64,000 nt of DNA from an uncultured Actinomycetes bacterium (lineage in GTDB: Bacteria; Actinomycetota; Actinomycetes; Streptosporangiales; Streptosporangiaceae): positions 112,606-176,605 of the forward strand of contig CAWAES010000048.1 of NCBI GenBank assembly GCA_963781085.1. The letters are read 5' to 3'. Below the pieces are notes generated by a model. The model was not told the DNA's origin and did not search any database. It was given only the letters and a program-made list of their open reading frames with translations. Each line of letters starts with the position of its first letter. The stretch's first letter is position 1. Of the stretch, positions 19,467 to 29,129 are shown one piece after another. The position numbers were made by a program, and so were the translations under genes.

Positions 19467-19583
19467 TTCTGTATGCCATCTGGGCGCCAGCACCGGCGGC
19501 CGAACATCACCGAACCTGGTCCTCGCAGGTCAGATCGCTGGCGCCGGGCCAGATGCGGTGAGACCGGGCACGGGGGCCGCCGG

Positions 19584-20675
19584 TCACACGGCGGCACACT
19601 CGATGATCATGTATCGCTCCGTGATGTCGTATACCGCGGTGACCTGAAGGCCGGCCTGCGCGGCGAGGGCTGAGTAGTCGTCGATGGTGCGCTCGCGGCC
19701 ACCGGCCAGGACGAGCATGCGCAGGTTCATCTCCGCGAACGCGGCGGGGTCGCTGCCGGGAGAGCCGTGCGATTCGATCACCAGCACCCGGCCGGTGCCG
19801 CCCGCCGCTTCGGCGCAGCGGCGCAGGATCGCGCTCGCGGCGGCGTCGTCCCAGTCATGGATGACGCGGCTGAGCAGGTAGGCGTCCGCCCCGGCGGGCA
19901 ACGGGTCGAAGAAGCTCTGGCCGACGACCTCGCACCGGCCGCCCAGGCCGAGCCCGGCCAGGTACTGCCGGGCGCGGGCCGCGGTCTCCGGCAGGTCGGC
20001 CAGCGTGCCGCGCAGCCGCGGGTTGCGCCGCAGCACCTCGGCGATGAGCGTCCCGGTGCCGCCGCCGATGTCGGCCACGTGCCGCACCGACGTCCAGTCG
20101 TAGCCGTCCGCCACCGCGGCGTTCCCGGCGTCTACCGCCATGGTCGCGTCGAAGGAGGCGCTGATCGGGGGGTTGGCGTCCAGGTAGGCCCAGAAAGGCT
20201 GGCCGAAAACCTGCTCCCAGGCCGGCTCGCCGGTGCGCACGGTGTGCATCAGGCCGGTGAACGCCAGATCCATCCGGCCGCCGAAACCATCCAGATCCAG
20301 CCACACCGCACCGGGCTGGCCGGTGCGCAGCAGCGCGGCGGTCTGGTTGACCGCGAACTGTCCCGGGCTCGGCTCGGTGAACACCCCGTGCTGCACCAGG
20401 TGGCGCAGCACGCGCGCCAGAGCCTCCGGGTCGGCCCCGGCGCGTCTGGCCAGATCGCCGAGGACAGCCCCCTCGCCGGTGCCGTCGTCGGGCATGAGGT
20501 CCGCGAGCCGCAGCGTCGCGGCGACCCGGAGCGCCATCGGGGTGACCAGGTCCATCAGCGGCCCCAGGGTCTGCCACGCCCCCATCACTGCCTGGCCCGT
20601 TCCCGCGTCCGGGCCTGCCCTCCCTGACTGGTCGCCGCCGTCAGCTGGTGCCTGGTCGCCCGAGGTCATCGGCAT
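19584..20675 (-). CDS. class I SAM-dependent O-methyltransferase (plant-type/COMT-like OMT family with dimerisation domain)
   Basis: ATG 20675 follows GAGGGAGGG. Motifs: VADIGGGTGTLIAEVL, LLSRVIHDWDD, RVLVIE. Confidence 0.85.
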   Translation of the reverse strand: MPMTSGDQAPADGGDQSGRAGPDAGTGQAVMGAWQTLGPLMDLVTPMALRVAATLRLADLMPDDGTGEGAVLGDLARRAGADPEALARVLRHLVQHGVFTEPSPGQFAVNQTAALLRTGQPGAVWLDLDGFGGRMDLAFTGLMHTVRTGEPAWEQVFGQPFWAYLDANPPISASFDATMAVDAGNAAVADGYDWTSVRHVADIGGGTGTLIAEVLRRNPRLRGTLADLPETAARARQYLAGLGLGGRCEVVGQSFFDPLPAGADAYLLSRVIHDWDDAAASAILRRCAEAAGGTGRVLVIESHGSPGSDPAAFAEMNLRMLVLAGGRERTIDDYSALAAQAGLQVTAVYDITERYMIIECAAV

Positions 20676-20879
20676 CCCTCCCTCATCCCGATTGTCCCCC
20701 GGTCCGGGGCGAGCGCCTTGGACAAATCGGAACCGCAGGCGCCGTCGCACTTCCGGTTCCGGTGGCCCTGCCCACCACCGTCTGGCCGGTGCGGCCACTC
20801 CCCCGCTGGCCCGGACCCGAGATTAGCGCCAGAACGAACAATGGCGGTGACCGGCTGTGCTCAGGCATAACCCTGGCCG

Positions 20880-22135
20880 TCAGCTCGCGCGCGTGTCCTG
20901 CCTGTCCCGCGGTCTCGTGGCTCCTGGTCTCACCCGGCGGGCCCGGGACTCCAGGTAGCGCTGCTCGGCGAGGCTGGCGGTGGCCTTCGCGGCACGCCGG
21001 TAGTGCTCATGCGCCCCGGCTGTGTCGCCGGTCTTCTCCAGCAGATGCGCCCGGACCGACAGCAGCCGGTGATGCCCGGACATCCGCTCGTCAGCTGTCC
21101 AAGGTGGACAGCAGGGCCAGCCCGGCCTGCGGGCCCTCGGTCTCGGCGAGCGCGATCGCCCGGTTGAGGGTGACCATCGGGTTGGGCGCGATCCGCTCCA
21201 GGATCAGGTAGAGAGCGTGCACCTGCGGCCAGTCGGTCTCCGCGGCGGTGGCTGCGTCGGCGTGCGTGGCGGCGATGGCGGCCTGCAGCTGGTAAGGCCC
21301 CAGCGCCGGGGCGGCCAGCGACGCCTTCGCCAGCTCAGTGCCCTCGTCGATCAGCCCGCGGTCCCACGTCGCACGGTCCTGCTCGTCCAGCGGCACCAGG
21401 TCGCCGGCCGCCGTCGTCCGTGCCTCCCGGCGGGCGTGGGTCAGCAGCATCAGCGCGAGCAGCCCGGACACCTCGCCGTCCCCGGGCAGTTGCGCGTGCA
21501 CCGTCCTGGCCAGCCGGATCGCCTCGTGCGCGAGGTCGGCGCGGTGCAACTCGCTGCCCGAGGAGGCGGTGTAGCCCTCGTTGAAGATCAGGTAGAGCAC
21601 GTGCAGGACGACCCGGAGCCGCTCTTCGCGCTCCGCGCCGTCCGGCAGGCTGAACGAGCTGCCGGCGGCCTTGATCCGCTGCTTGGCCCGGCTGATCCTG
21701 GCCGCCATCGTGGCCTCCGGCACCAGGAACGCGCGGGCGATCTCGGCAGTGGTCAGGCCGCCGACCGCGCGCAGCGTCAGGGCGGTCTGGGAGGCCGCGG
21801 TCAGCGTCGGGTGACAGCACAGGAACAGCAGGACCAGCGTGTCGTCGGTGTCTGGTACGTCCTCGGGCACCACGTCGGTGGCTGTCGCCCGCTCCCGCTC
21901 GCGGCGCGCGGCGTCACTGCGCATCGTGGTCGATGAGCCGCCGGGACGCGACAGTCGTCAGCCAGCCGCGCGGGTTGTCCGGCACTCCCCCGTCCGGCCA
22001 CTGCACGGTGGCGGCGAGGACGGCCTCCTGCACGGCGTCCTCACACCCTTCGAACTGGCCATGCCGGCGTACCAGCGTGCCGAGGACCTGCGGCGTGAGC
22101 TCACGCAGCAGGTCCTCGATGGCTGGTGCTGTCAT
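20880..22135 (-). CDS. ECF-type sigma factor with long C-terminal extension (DUF6596-type), two apparent frameshifts (~21086, ~21915-21925)
   Basis: Three track ORFs (21914..22135, 21091..21924, 20880..21083) join into one protein colinear with the intact paralog at 32567..33784. Removing one A gives LSTLDADERMSGHHRLLSVRAHLLE. Confidence 0.8.
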
Positions 22136-22503
22136 GCCTCCAATTGTCCGTCAGCGAACATCACCTGCCGCACCTCGACCCCCAGGCCCTCGATCGCGGC
22201 GTCCGGGATCTGCGCCGCCAGCTCGATCGCCCGCTCCTTGTTCTCGCAGTCGATCAGGTAGAAACCGCCCAGATACTCCTTGGACTCCAGGAAAGGCCCG
22301 TCGGTCACCACCGGCTGGCCGTTGCGCACCGACACCACGGCCGCCTGCGACGGGTCGACCAGCGCCTGCGTGCTGATCAGCTCGCCGGACTTCTTCAGCG
22401 CCGCGATGAACGTGCCGTGGCCCTCACCGATCGCCGCCTTCTCCTCGTCGGTCAGCGCGTCCAGCACGGCCGGGTTGATATGCAGGCTGATCAGGAACTT
22501 CAT
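22132..22503 (-). CDS. YCII-related domain protein
   Basis: MKFLISLHINPAV...VVTDGPFLESKEYLGGFYLIDCENKERAIELA. ATG follows GAGGAG. Its stop overlaps the sigma start. Confidence 0.85.
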   Translation of the reverse strand: MKFLISLHINPAVLDALTDEEKAAIGEGHGTFIAALKKSGELISTQALVDPSQAAVVSVRNGQPVVTDGPFLESKEYLGGFYLIDCENKERAIELAAQIPDAAIEGLGVEVRQVMFADGQLEA

Positions 22504-22847
22504 CTCGTACTCCTCGTGGTTCGCGGGCCCCGGCTGGGCCCTTCGACTGGTTGGTCGGAGCCGCCGCCGTCGTCTTGACATCCCCGGCCGGAAATCTCGC
22601 GCGAGTCTTCCGCCGTCGCGCCGCCCGGACCGCCAGACCGTCACCCGGCTCGGCTGCGCCCGCGGCCCGAGGGTCGACGCCGGACCGGACGACCTGGGTG
22701 GACTCAGACGCCTGGGCGTGACGACACGAGTCTTACCGGCTTCCCCTGAGCCCATCGCGTCGTCGGTGGCCGGGCGGTACCGGCACGTGCGAGGGGCCGG
22801 TGCTTCGCGAGGAGGTCGCCCGGTCTCCCGAGAGCGGCCAAGGAAAA

Positions 22848-22869
22848 GGAGGGGTACCTACTCCCCTCC
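22848..22869 (+). terminator. hairpin GGAGGGG-8 nt-CCCCTCC followed by ATTTTCAAT, directly upstream of RAE copy 2
   Basis: Same relative position and same flanking TTTCAA motif as 286..310, but with a different stem sequence. Confidence 0.45.
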
Positions 22870-22892
22870 ATTTTCAATCTATAGCGCACAGG

Positions 22893-22911
22893 GGGGCTTG
22901 CCGCAAGACCC
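22893..22911 (+). promoter_or_regulatory. RAE-like 19-bp inverted repeat (rifamycin-associated element), copy 2
   Basis: GGGGCTTGCCGCAAGACCC. The left half contains a TTGCCG -35-like hexamer. The element lies 160 nt upstream of GTG 23072. Confidence 0.8.
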
Positions 22912-22922
22912 GGGTCGTGCCG

Positions 22923-22928
22923 CATAAT
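22923..22928 (+). promoter_or_regulatory. putative -10 hexamer CATAAT of the RAE promoter
   Basis: It lies 19 nt downstream of TTGCCG within the RAE. The equivalent hexamer CAGAAT is present in copy 1. Confidence 0.5.
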
Positions 22929-23071
22929 CGCAGGCCGGGGCCACAACTTACGGAGATGGGGGACGTGACGTGCGTGTGTTGCTGCCGGCGTGCAGGTCGC
23001 GCGGGGACGCCGGCCCGGGCCAGCTGCCGGGGAAGCCGCCGGTGACAGACGACCGCGAGAGGAGTGGCCGG

Positions 23072-24640
23072 GTGACGTACACCGACGTGATCGTCGTGGG
23101 GGCCGGCCCGACTGGCCTGATGCTGGCCGCTGAGCTGTGCCTGGCCGGGGTGCGGCCGCTGGTACTGGAGCGGCAGCCGCACCTGCCGCAGACCCCGAAG
23201 GCCAACGGCTTCAACGGGCAGATCGTGGAACTGGTGCGCTACCGGGGCCTGCTGGACCGGGTCGAAGCGGCCAGCGGCCGCCCCGTCGGCCCGGCTCCCG
23301 CGGCCCCGTTCGGCGGTGTGCAGCTGGACTTCTCACACCTGGCCGATCCTCCGACACAGGCGGTGCATCTGCCGCAACCGCGGCTCGAGCGCCTGCTCGG
23401 CGAGCACGCCCGCGAACTCGGCGCCGTCATACGCCGCGGGCACGAGGTCGTCGGGGTCAGCCAGGACGACGCCACGGTGACCGCCGACGTGCGCGGCCCG
23501 GACGGGCTCTACCGGGTGACCGGCCGCTACCTGGCCGGCTGCGACGGCCCCCGCAGCACGGTCCGCGACCTGGCCGGGATCCCGTTCCCCGGCACCACCT
23601 ATCCAGAGGTCAACCGGCTAGGCGAAGTCACCGTGCCCGACTCGGTCACCCGGCTCGGTAACGGTGACCTGGCCGTCCCCGGGCTGGGCAGGATCCGCCC
23701 GGGATTCACCCGGACAGATCGCGGTGTGTTCGGGTTCGGGTCCCTCAGCTCGGGGGTTCTGCTGGTCCAGACCACCGAAGACGAGCCCGCCCGCGACGGC
23801 GGCGACGCGCCGATGACCCTGACCGAGTTCCAGGACAGCATCCGCCGGGTGCTCGGCGCGGACCTGCCCTTGGCCGACGTGACGCGCTTGTCGCGCTACG
23901 CGTTTCAGGCCCGGCAGGCCGAACGGTACCGCGACGGGCGGATCCTGCTGGCCGGCGACGCGGCCCATCAGTTTCCCGCCACCGGTATAGGCATCAACGC
24001 CGGCATGCTCGACGCGGTCAACCTGGCCTGGAAGCTGGCCGCCGCCGCCGTCGGCGGCTGGGCGCCGGCCGGCCTGCTGGACACCTATCACCGCGAACGC
24101 CACTTCGCCGGGACCCGCGCCCTGCTGCAGACCCAGGCCCAGGTGGCGCTGCGCCGCGGGCAGGACCCGGCCGCACGAGCGCTCCGGGAACTCTTCCTCG
24201 AACTGCTCGCCGACGAGCAGCCGTTGCGGCGGGTCGGGGCGCTCATCGCCGGCACCGGCACGCGCTACCCGATGCCCGGCCCCAGCCCGCACGCCCTGGC
24301 CGGCACCTTCGCACCCGACCTCGCCCTGCGCACCGGCCAGGGCATGACCAGCGTCGCCGAACTCATGCGCCCCGCGCGCCCCGTCCTCCTCGACCTGGCC
24401 GGCCGCGCAGACCTCCGCGAGGCCGCCGGCGACTGGCGGCATCGCGTCAACATCCACACCGCGGCCAGCGATCACCGGCCAGCCGACGCCCTGCTGATCC
24501 GGCCGGACGCCCACATCGCCTGGGCCGCAGCCACCGGCGAACCAGCCGCCACCGCCGGGCCCGCGCTGCGGGAAGCGCTGTCCTGCTGGTTCGGCGCGCC
24601 CCTGAAGGCGGCAGCGCCGCTCGCCGGCCAGCCTTCCTGA
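23072..24640 (+). CDS. rox: FAD-dependent monooxygenase, Rox-type rifamycin monooxygenase candidate
   Basis: GTG follows GAGAGGAG. Motifs: [22 protein letters not shown] and LLAGDAAHQFPATGIGINAGMLDAVNLAWKLA (group A flavin monooxygenase). The Rox call rests on the RAE upstream and helR downstream. Confidence 0.75.
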   Translation: MTYTDVIVVGAGPTGLMLAAELCLAGVRPLVLERQPHLPQTPKANGFNGQIVELVRYRGLLDRVEAASGRPVGPAPAAPFGGVQLDFSHLADPPTQAVHLPQPRLERLLGEHARELGAVIRRGHEVVGVSQDDATVTADVRGPDGLYRVTGRYLAGCDGPRSTVRDLAGIPFPGTTYPEVNRLGEVTVPDSVTRLGNGDLAVPGLGRIRPGFTRTDRGVFGFGSLSSGVLLVQTTEDEPARDGGDAPMTLTEFQDSIRRVLGADLPLADVTRLSRYAFQARQAERYRDGRILLAGDAAHQFPATGIGINAGMLDAVNLAWKLAAAAVGGWAPAGLLDTYHRERHFAGTRALLQTQAQVALRRGQDPAARALRELFLELLADEQPLRRVGALIAGTGTRYPMPGPSPHALAGTFAPDLALRTGQGMTSVAELMRPARPVLLDLAGRADLREAAGDWRHRVNIHTAASDHRPADALLIRPDAHIAWAAATGEPAATAGPALREALSCWFGAPLKAAAPLAGQPS

Positions 24641-24747
24641 CCAGCGGCCGGACGTCGCCAGGAGCGTCGTCCCGCGCCCAGAACACGAGAACCCGCGCCT
24701 TGCCGCGCCCCGATGACTGCCCGCGACCTCAGATCGGAGCTGATGCC

Positions 24748-26907
24748 GTGAACTCCCAGACCACCAGCGCGTTCGACCTTCCCGACCGCCTCGCCGCCAA
24801 GGCCGACCCGGCGCTGATCGCCGGTGACGAGCAGCACTTCGCGGCCATCGCATGGAGCCTGGAGCAGTCGATCGCTGACCTGTCCGGCCGCCTCGACGCC
24901 GAGCGCAGCGCGCCCGGCGGCATCGGCCAGGCAGCGATGGACCGGGACATGGAGATCCACCGGCTGGGCGCTCGCCTGCGGGTCCTGCGCCGTTTCGGCC
25001 TGGACCTGTGCCTCGGGCGGATCGTCGGCACGGACAACCCTGAGCCCGTGTACGTGGGACGGCTTGGCCTCACCGACAGCGCGGGCCGGCGGCTGCTGCT
25101 CGACTGGCGCTCCCCCGCGGCTGAGCCGTTCTTCGGAGCGACCCACGCCAACCCGATGAGCCTGGCCAGCCGCCGCAGGTATCGCTGGACCCGCGGCCGG
25201 GTCAGCGACTACTGGGACGAGGTGTTCACCGCGGACGGGCTTGAAGGGCACGCCGCGCTGGACGACCAGTCCGCCTTCGTCGCCAGCCTGGGGGCCAGCC
25301 GGTCGCCCCGGATGCGCGACGTGCTCGGCACCATCGCGGCCGACCAGGACGCCATCGTCCGCGCCGGGTCCCGGGGCGCTCTGGTCGTAGACGGCGGCCC
25401 GGGCACGGGGAAGACCGTCGTCGCCCTGCACCGTTCCGCCTACCTCCTGTACTCCGAGCCCCGCCTCGGTCACCGCCGGGGCGGTGTGCTGTTCGTCGGC
25501 CCGCACCAGCCTTACCTGGCCTATGTCGGCGACGTCCTGCCCAGCCTCGGCGAGGACGGCGTGCAGACAGCCACCTTGCGGGACCTCGTCCCCGAGGGAA
25601 CCACGGCAGCGGCCGAGACCGACCCGGACGTGGCCCGCCTGAAGTCGTCCGCGGACCTGGTGAAGGCGATCGAGCCGGCCGTCAGGTTCTACGAGCAGCC
25701 GCCTGCCCAGGGGATGACAGTCGAGACCCACTGGTCCGACGTCTGGCTGAGCGCCAGCGACTGGGCCGAGGCGTTCGGGGCACCCGACCCCGGTACCCCG
25801 CACAACGAGGCGCGCGGCCAGATCCAGGAGGCGCTGCTCGCGATCCTGATGGACTCCCGCGACGACGACGTCCCGGCTGACCTGTTCCGCAAGTCGCTGC
25901 TGGCGAACCGGGAGCTGCGCACCGCCCTGGGCCGCGCGTGGCCGCTGATCGAGGCGGCTGACCTGGTCGCAGACCTGTGGTCAGTCCCCGCCTACCTGCG
26001 GCTGTGCGCTCCCTGGCTCAGCCCCGGCGAGGTTTCGCGGCTGCAGCGCGAGGACTCCCAGGCCTGGACGGTGTCCGACCTGCCGTTCCTGGACGCGGCC
26101 CGGCAGCGGCTCGGCGACCCGGAGGCGGCCCGGCGCCAGCGCCGGCGTGACGCCGCGGTCGCCGCGGAACGCGAGCAGATGGCCCAGGTGCTCGACACCC
26201 TGATCGAGGTCGCGGACGCAGCAGACGAGTACGGCACCGGCCTGGTCACGATGCTGCGCGGCGAGGACTTCCAGGACGTCCTGGTCAATGACGCCGCGCT
26301 GCCCGGCAGCGATCCGGACGTGCTGGCCGGCCCGTTCGCGCACGTCGTCGTGGACGAGGCCCAGGAACTGACCGACGCGGAGTGGCAGATGCTGCTGCTG
26401 CGCTGCCCGTCCCGGAGCTTCACCATCGTCGGGGACCGCGCCCAGGCCCGGCACGGGTTCCCCGAGTCGTGGCCGGAACGGCTGGAGCGGGTCGGGCTGG
26501 ACCGGATCAGGGTGGCTTCGCTGAGCATCAACTACCGGACGCCGGAAGAGGTCATGACCGAAGCTGAGCCGGTCATCCGGGCCGTGCTCCCGGACGCCAA
26601 CGTGCCGACCTCCATCCGCGCCACCGGCGTTCCCGTCGGCCACGGATCCGTTTCGGATCTGGGCTCAGTGCTCGCCGCGTGGCTCGCCGCGCACGCCGAC
26701 GGGACCGCTGCCGTCATCGGCGACCCAGCGTTCGCGGCGACGTCCCGGGTCCGTTCGCTGACCCCGGAGCTGGCCAAGGGACTCGAGTTCGACCTGGTCG
26801 TCCTGGTCGATCCGGAAGCTTTCGGCGGCGGCGTCCAAGGAGCGGTCAACCGCTATGTCGCGATGACCCGGGCGACCCAGCAACTCGTCGTCCTCACGAG
26901 CCCCTGA
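24748..26907 (+). CDS. helR: HelD/HelR-family helicase-like RNA-polymerase-associated protein
   Basis: Motifs: VYVGRLGLTDSAGRRLLLDWRSPAAEPFFGAT (HelD N-terminal signature), VVDGGPGTGKTVVALHR (Walker A), VVVDEAQELTDAEWQ, EFDLVVLVDP. A start at 24700 is an alternative. Confidence 0.8.
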   Translation: MNSQTTSAFDLPDRLAAKADPALIAGDEQHFAAIAWSLEQSIADLSGRLDAERSAPGGIGQAAMDRDMEIHRLGARLRVLRRFGLDLCLGRIVGTDNPEPVYVGRLGLTDSAGRRLLLDWRSPAAEPFFGATHANPMSLASRRRYRWTRGRVSDYWDEVFTADGLEGHAALDDQSAFVASLGASRSPRMRDVLGTIAADQDAIVRAGSRGALVVDGGPGTGKTVVALHRSAYLLYSEPRLGHRRGGVLFVGPHQPYLAYVGDVLPSLGEDGVQTATLRDLVPEGTTAAAETDPDVARLKSSADLVKAIEPAVRFYEQPPAQGMTVETHWSDVWLSASDWAEAFGAPDPGTPHNEARGQIQEALLAILMDSRDDDVPADLFRKSLLANRELRTALGRAWPLIEAADLVADLWSVPAYLRLCAPWLSPGEVSRLQREDSQAWTVSDLPFLDAARQRLGDPEAARRQRRRDAAVAAEREQMAQVLDTLIEVADAADEYGTGLVTMLRGEDFQDVLVNDAALPGSDPDVLAGPFAHVVVDEAQELTDAEWQMLLLRCPSRSFTIVGDRAQARHGFPESWPERLERVGLDRIRVASLSINYRTPEEVMTEAEPVIRAVLPDANVPTSIRATGVPVGHGSVSDLGSVLAAWLAAHADGTAAVIGDPAFAATSRVRSLTPELAKGLEFDLVVLVDPEAFGGGVQGAVNRYVAMTRATQQLVVLTSP

Positions 26908-26948
26908 CGCCGGCCCGGCCAGGCCGCCCACCGCCCGCGACGGGATCG

Positions 26949-27818
26949 CTAGCCGGGCGTCCCGTCGCGCTCGCTTCTTCGGGCGAGGCCCTGGACTTGC
27001 CGGCCGTGCACGCCGGCCACCCAGTCCCAGCCGTCCTTGGCCGACGGGCCGACCCGCGGGTCGCCGGGAACATGGCCGTCACGCAAGGCGTGCACGTACG
27101 CCCGGTCCTGGTCGATCCGTGCACGCAGCTGACCAGCTCCGCCGACGGACCCGTGGCCGGGAACGAGGACGTCGGCGCCGCCCGCCACGCCCTCCAGCAG
27201 CCGCATCGCGGCGAGGTAGTCCCCGACCGGGTCCGCGGCGGCGTTCAGGTCGAGCATCGGGATCAGGACGTCAGAGAGCATGTCGCCGGTGACGAGGACC
27301 CCGCGTTCCTCAATCAGCAGCGCCGCATGGCCCGGGGCGTGCGCCTGGTGCTCGACAATCCGGACTTGAGGGCCGTCCCAGGGAATCTGCGCCGTCCCGG
27401 CGGGCAGGCCGGCAATGTGGCCGAGCAGGTCCAGCGGTACCTGCCCGGCGATGTCCGGCGGTATCAACTGCCCGGCGACACGGGCCTTCGCGCCCGGGTC
27501 TGACAGCCGGTCCCGGGCCGTGGCCGCGCAGCGCGCCGTGCCGTAACGGGGCGCCGCGCCGAGCCTGGCGTGCCAGAGCAGGTGATCCCAATGCGGATGC
27601 GTCGAGAAGCCTGCCACCACGGCCTGGCCCGAGTCGGACAGGTCGTTCGCGAGGCAGGCCATTTCGTCGCCGAGCACCCCGGGGTCGATGAGCAGCACGC
27701 CAGCCCGGCCGTGCACGGCGACGGCGTTGCTCTGGCAGAACTCGCTCTGGTGGACCAGCACACCCTCCGCGACCTGCCTCAGCACGGGTGCCAGGCTACC
27801 GTGCCCAGCGCCCGCCAC
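26949..27818 (-). CDS. MBL-fold metallo-hydrolase
   Basis: Only the C-terminal 289 codons of the 485-aa track ORF are credible: STHPHWDHLLWH (HxHxDH-type), VTGDML, VPGHG. The GTG start is tentative. Confidence 0.75.
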   Translation of the reverse strand: MAGAGHGSLAPVLRQVAEGVLVHQSEFCQSNAVAVHGRAGVLLIDPGVLGDEMACLANDLSDSGQAVVAGFSTHPHWDHLLWHARLGAAPRYGTARCAATARDRLSDPGAKARVAGQLIPPDIAGQVPLDLLGHIAGLPAGTAQIPWDGPQVRIVEHQAHAPGHAALLIEERGVLVTGDMLSDVLIPMLDLNAAADPVGDYLAAMRLLEGVAGGADVLVPGHGSVGGAGQLRARIDQDRAYVHALRDGHVPGDPRVGPSAKDGWDWVAGVHGRQVQGLARRSERDGTPG

Positions 27819-27838
27819 GCCGCAGGACGTGGCGCGCG

Positions 27839-28534
27839 TCAGGCCGTCTCTTGCGGCGCCCCGGCGTCGTCGTACGCGTCGTGCCATCTCCACCAGGAGT
27901 AGGGCGGGGTCTGCGGGTAGCCCTCGGGTGAGTCTTCCCACTCCTCCTGGCGGCCGAGCGCGGTCAGGTCGAGGTAGGCCCAGGTGCCGCCCATGACCTC
28001 GTCGCCGCGGTTGTTGACGAAGTAGGTGCGGTACACGCGGTCGCTGTCGCGGATGAACGCGTTCGTGCCGTGCCACTCGTCCACGCCGTGGTCGGCGTCG
28101 AAGCTGTCGGTCAGGGTGTACCAGGGGATGTCCCAGCCCATCGTGGCCTTGACCCGCTCGATGTCGGGTTGCGGCGCCCGGGAGGCGAAGACGAGGGTGG
28201 TGTCGCGGGCGTTCAGATGGGCGACGTGGGCGACCTGGTCGGCGACCAGGGAACAGCCGGGGCAGGCGTGCTCGGGCCAGCCGTAGACGCCGGGTTCGAA
28301 GAAGGCGCGGTAGACGATCAGCTGGCGGCGCCCCGCGAACAAGCCGGCCAGGCTCACCGCGCCCCCGGGACCCTCGAACTCGTACTCCTTGTCCACGGCC
28401 AGCCACGGCATCCGCCGCCGCTCCGCGGCCAGCGCGTCACGGGCCCGGGTCAGCTCCTTCTCCTTCACCAGCAGCTGCTGGCGCGCGGTCTCCCACTCGT
28501 GCGCGGACACGATCGGGGGTGACTTCATCTTCAT
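27839..28534 (-). CDS. DUF899 thioredoxin-like family protein
   Basis: MKMKSPPIVS follows GGTGGAG. Motifs: EKELTRARDALAAERRRMPW, CPGCS, YFVNNRGDE. Confidence 0.85.
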   Translation of the reverse strand: MKMKSPPIVSAHEWETARQQLLVKEKELTRARDALAAERRRMPWLAVDKEYEFEGPGGAVSLAGLFAGRRQLIVYRAFFEPGVYGWPEHACPGCSLVADQVAHVAHLNARDTTLVFASRAPQPDIERVKATMGWDIPWYTLTDSFDADHGVDEWHGTNAFIRDSDRVYRTYFVNNRGDEVMGGTWAYLDLTALGRQEEWEDSPEGYPQTPPYSWWRWHDAYDDAGAPQETA

Positions 28535-28543
28535 CTCCACCTT

Positions 28544-28576
28544 CTGGTTGTGTTCTGGCTGGTTGTGTTCGGGCTG
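28544..28576 (-). repeat. 15-bp tandem repeat in the leader of the DUF899 gene
   Basis: Minus strand CAGCCNGAACACAAC x2 (reads as QPEHNQPEHNQ in the extended track ORF), upstream of the SD-supported start. Confidence 0.7.
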
Positions 28577-28602
28577 GGTTTTCGTGTTCTGGGCCGCGGA
28601 GG

Positions 28603-29115
28603 TCACGCCGTGGCTCCCGTCCGGGCGGCGTCCGGCAGCAGGGACAGCAGCTGCTGGGCATGGCCGGGCAGCTCCACGTCCGCGAGGCCGGTGACGAGCT
28701 CCCTCAGCGGCACGAGCTGATCGACCAGGACCGTGTCACCGGACAGCAGCAGGGTGGGCACCGGCGTGCTCAGTTCGGCCTCGCTCAGCGCTGGCCCGCC
28801 GAGGGCGCAGAGGCAGTCCCCCTGGGCGCGGACGCGGTCCCGCAGTCCCGCGTTGCCGCCGGCCCGTGCGACGAGGCGTTCGATGGTCCAGGTGTCTAGC
28901 GCTATCCGGTTGTCGAACGTCGCGCTGGTTCCCGAGGCGACCGCAGAGACGGCAGCGATGGTGGTGGCGGTGACGATGGCCACGTGGGCCAGGATCTGGT
29001 CGGCGTTCCACTCGCCGTCCGGCGGGACAGGGCCCGGGTGGCCGGCGCCGGCCACCGCGGCGGCGGCGTCTAGCAGGCTCTGGTAGGCGTCCCGGAGCGG
29101 TTCGGTGTCCAGCAT
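28603..29115 (-). CDS. DinB-like / mycothiol-maleylpyruvate-isomerase N-terminal-domain-like protein
   Basis: Starts at MLDTEPLRDAYQSLLDAAAAV...WNADQILAHVAIV. This is a helical-bundle type pattern, so the family call is moderate. Confidence 0.6.
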   Translation of the reverse strand: MLDTEPLRDAYQSLLDAAAAVAGAGHPGPVPPDGEWNADQILAHVAIVTATTIAAVSAVASGTSATFDNRIALDTWTIERLVARAGGNAGLRDRVRAQGDCLCALGGPALSEAELSTPVPTLLLSGDTVLVDQLVPLRELVTGLADVELPGHAQQLLSLLPDAARTGATA

Positions 29116-29129
29116 GTCTTCGGCTTTCT

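Noticed and set aside
24641-24747. Possible separate RAE in front of helR (sequence CGCGCCTTGCCGCGCCCC).
   Set aside because: It shares only the CTTGCCGC core. It lacks the GGGG/CCCC arms and the palindromic symmetry, so it is not counted as an RAE.
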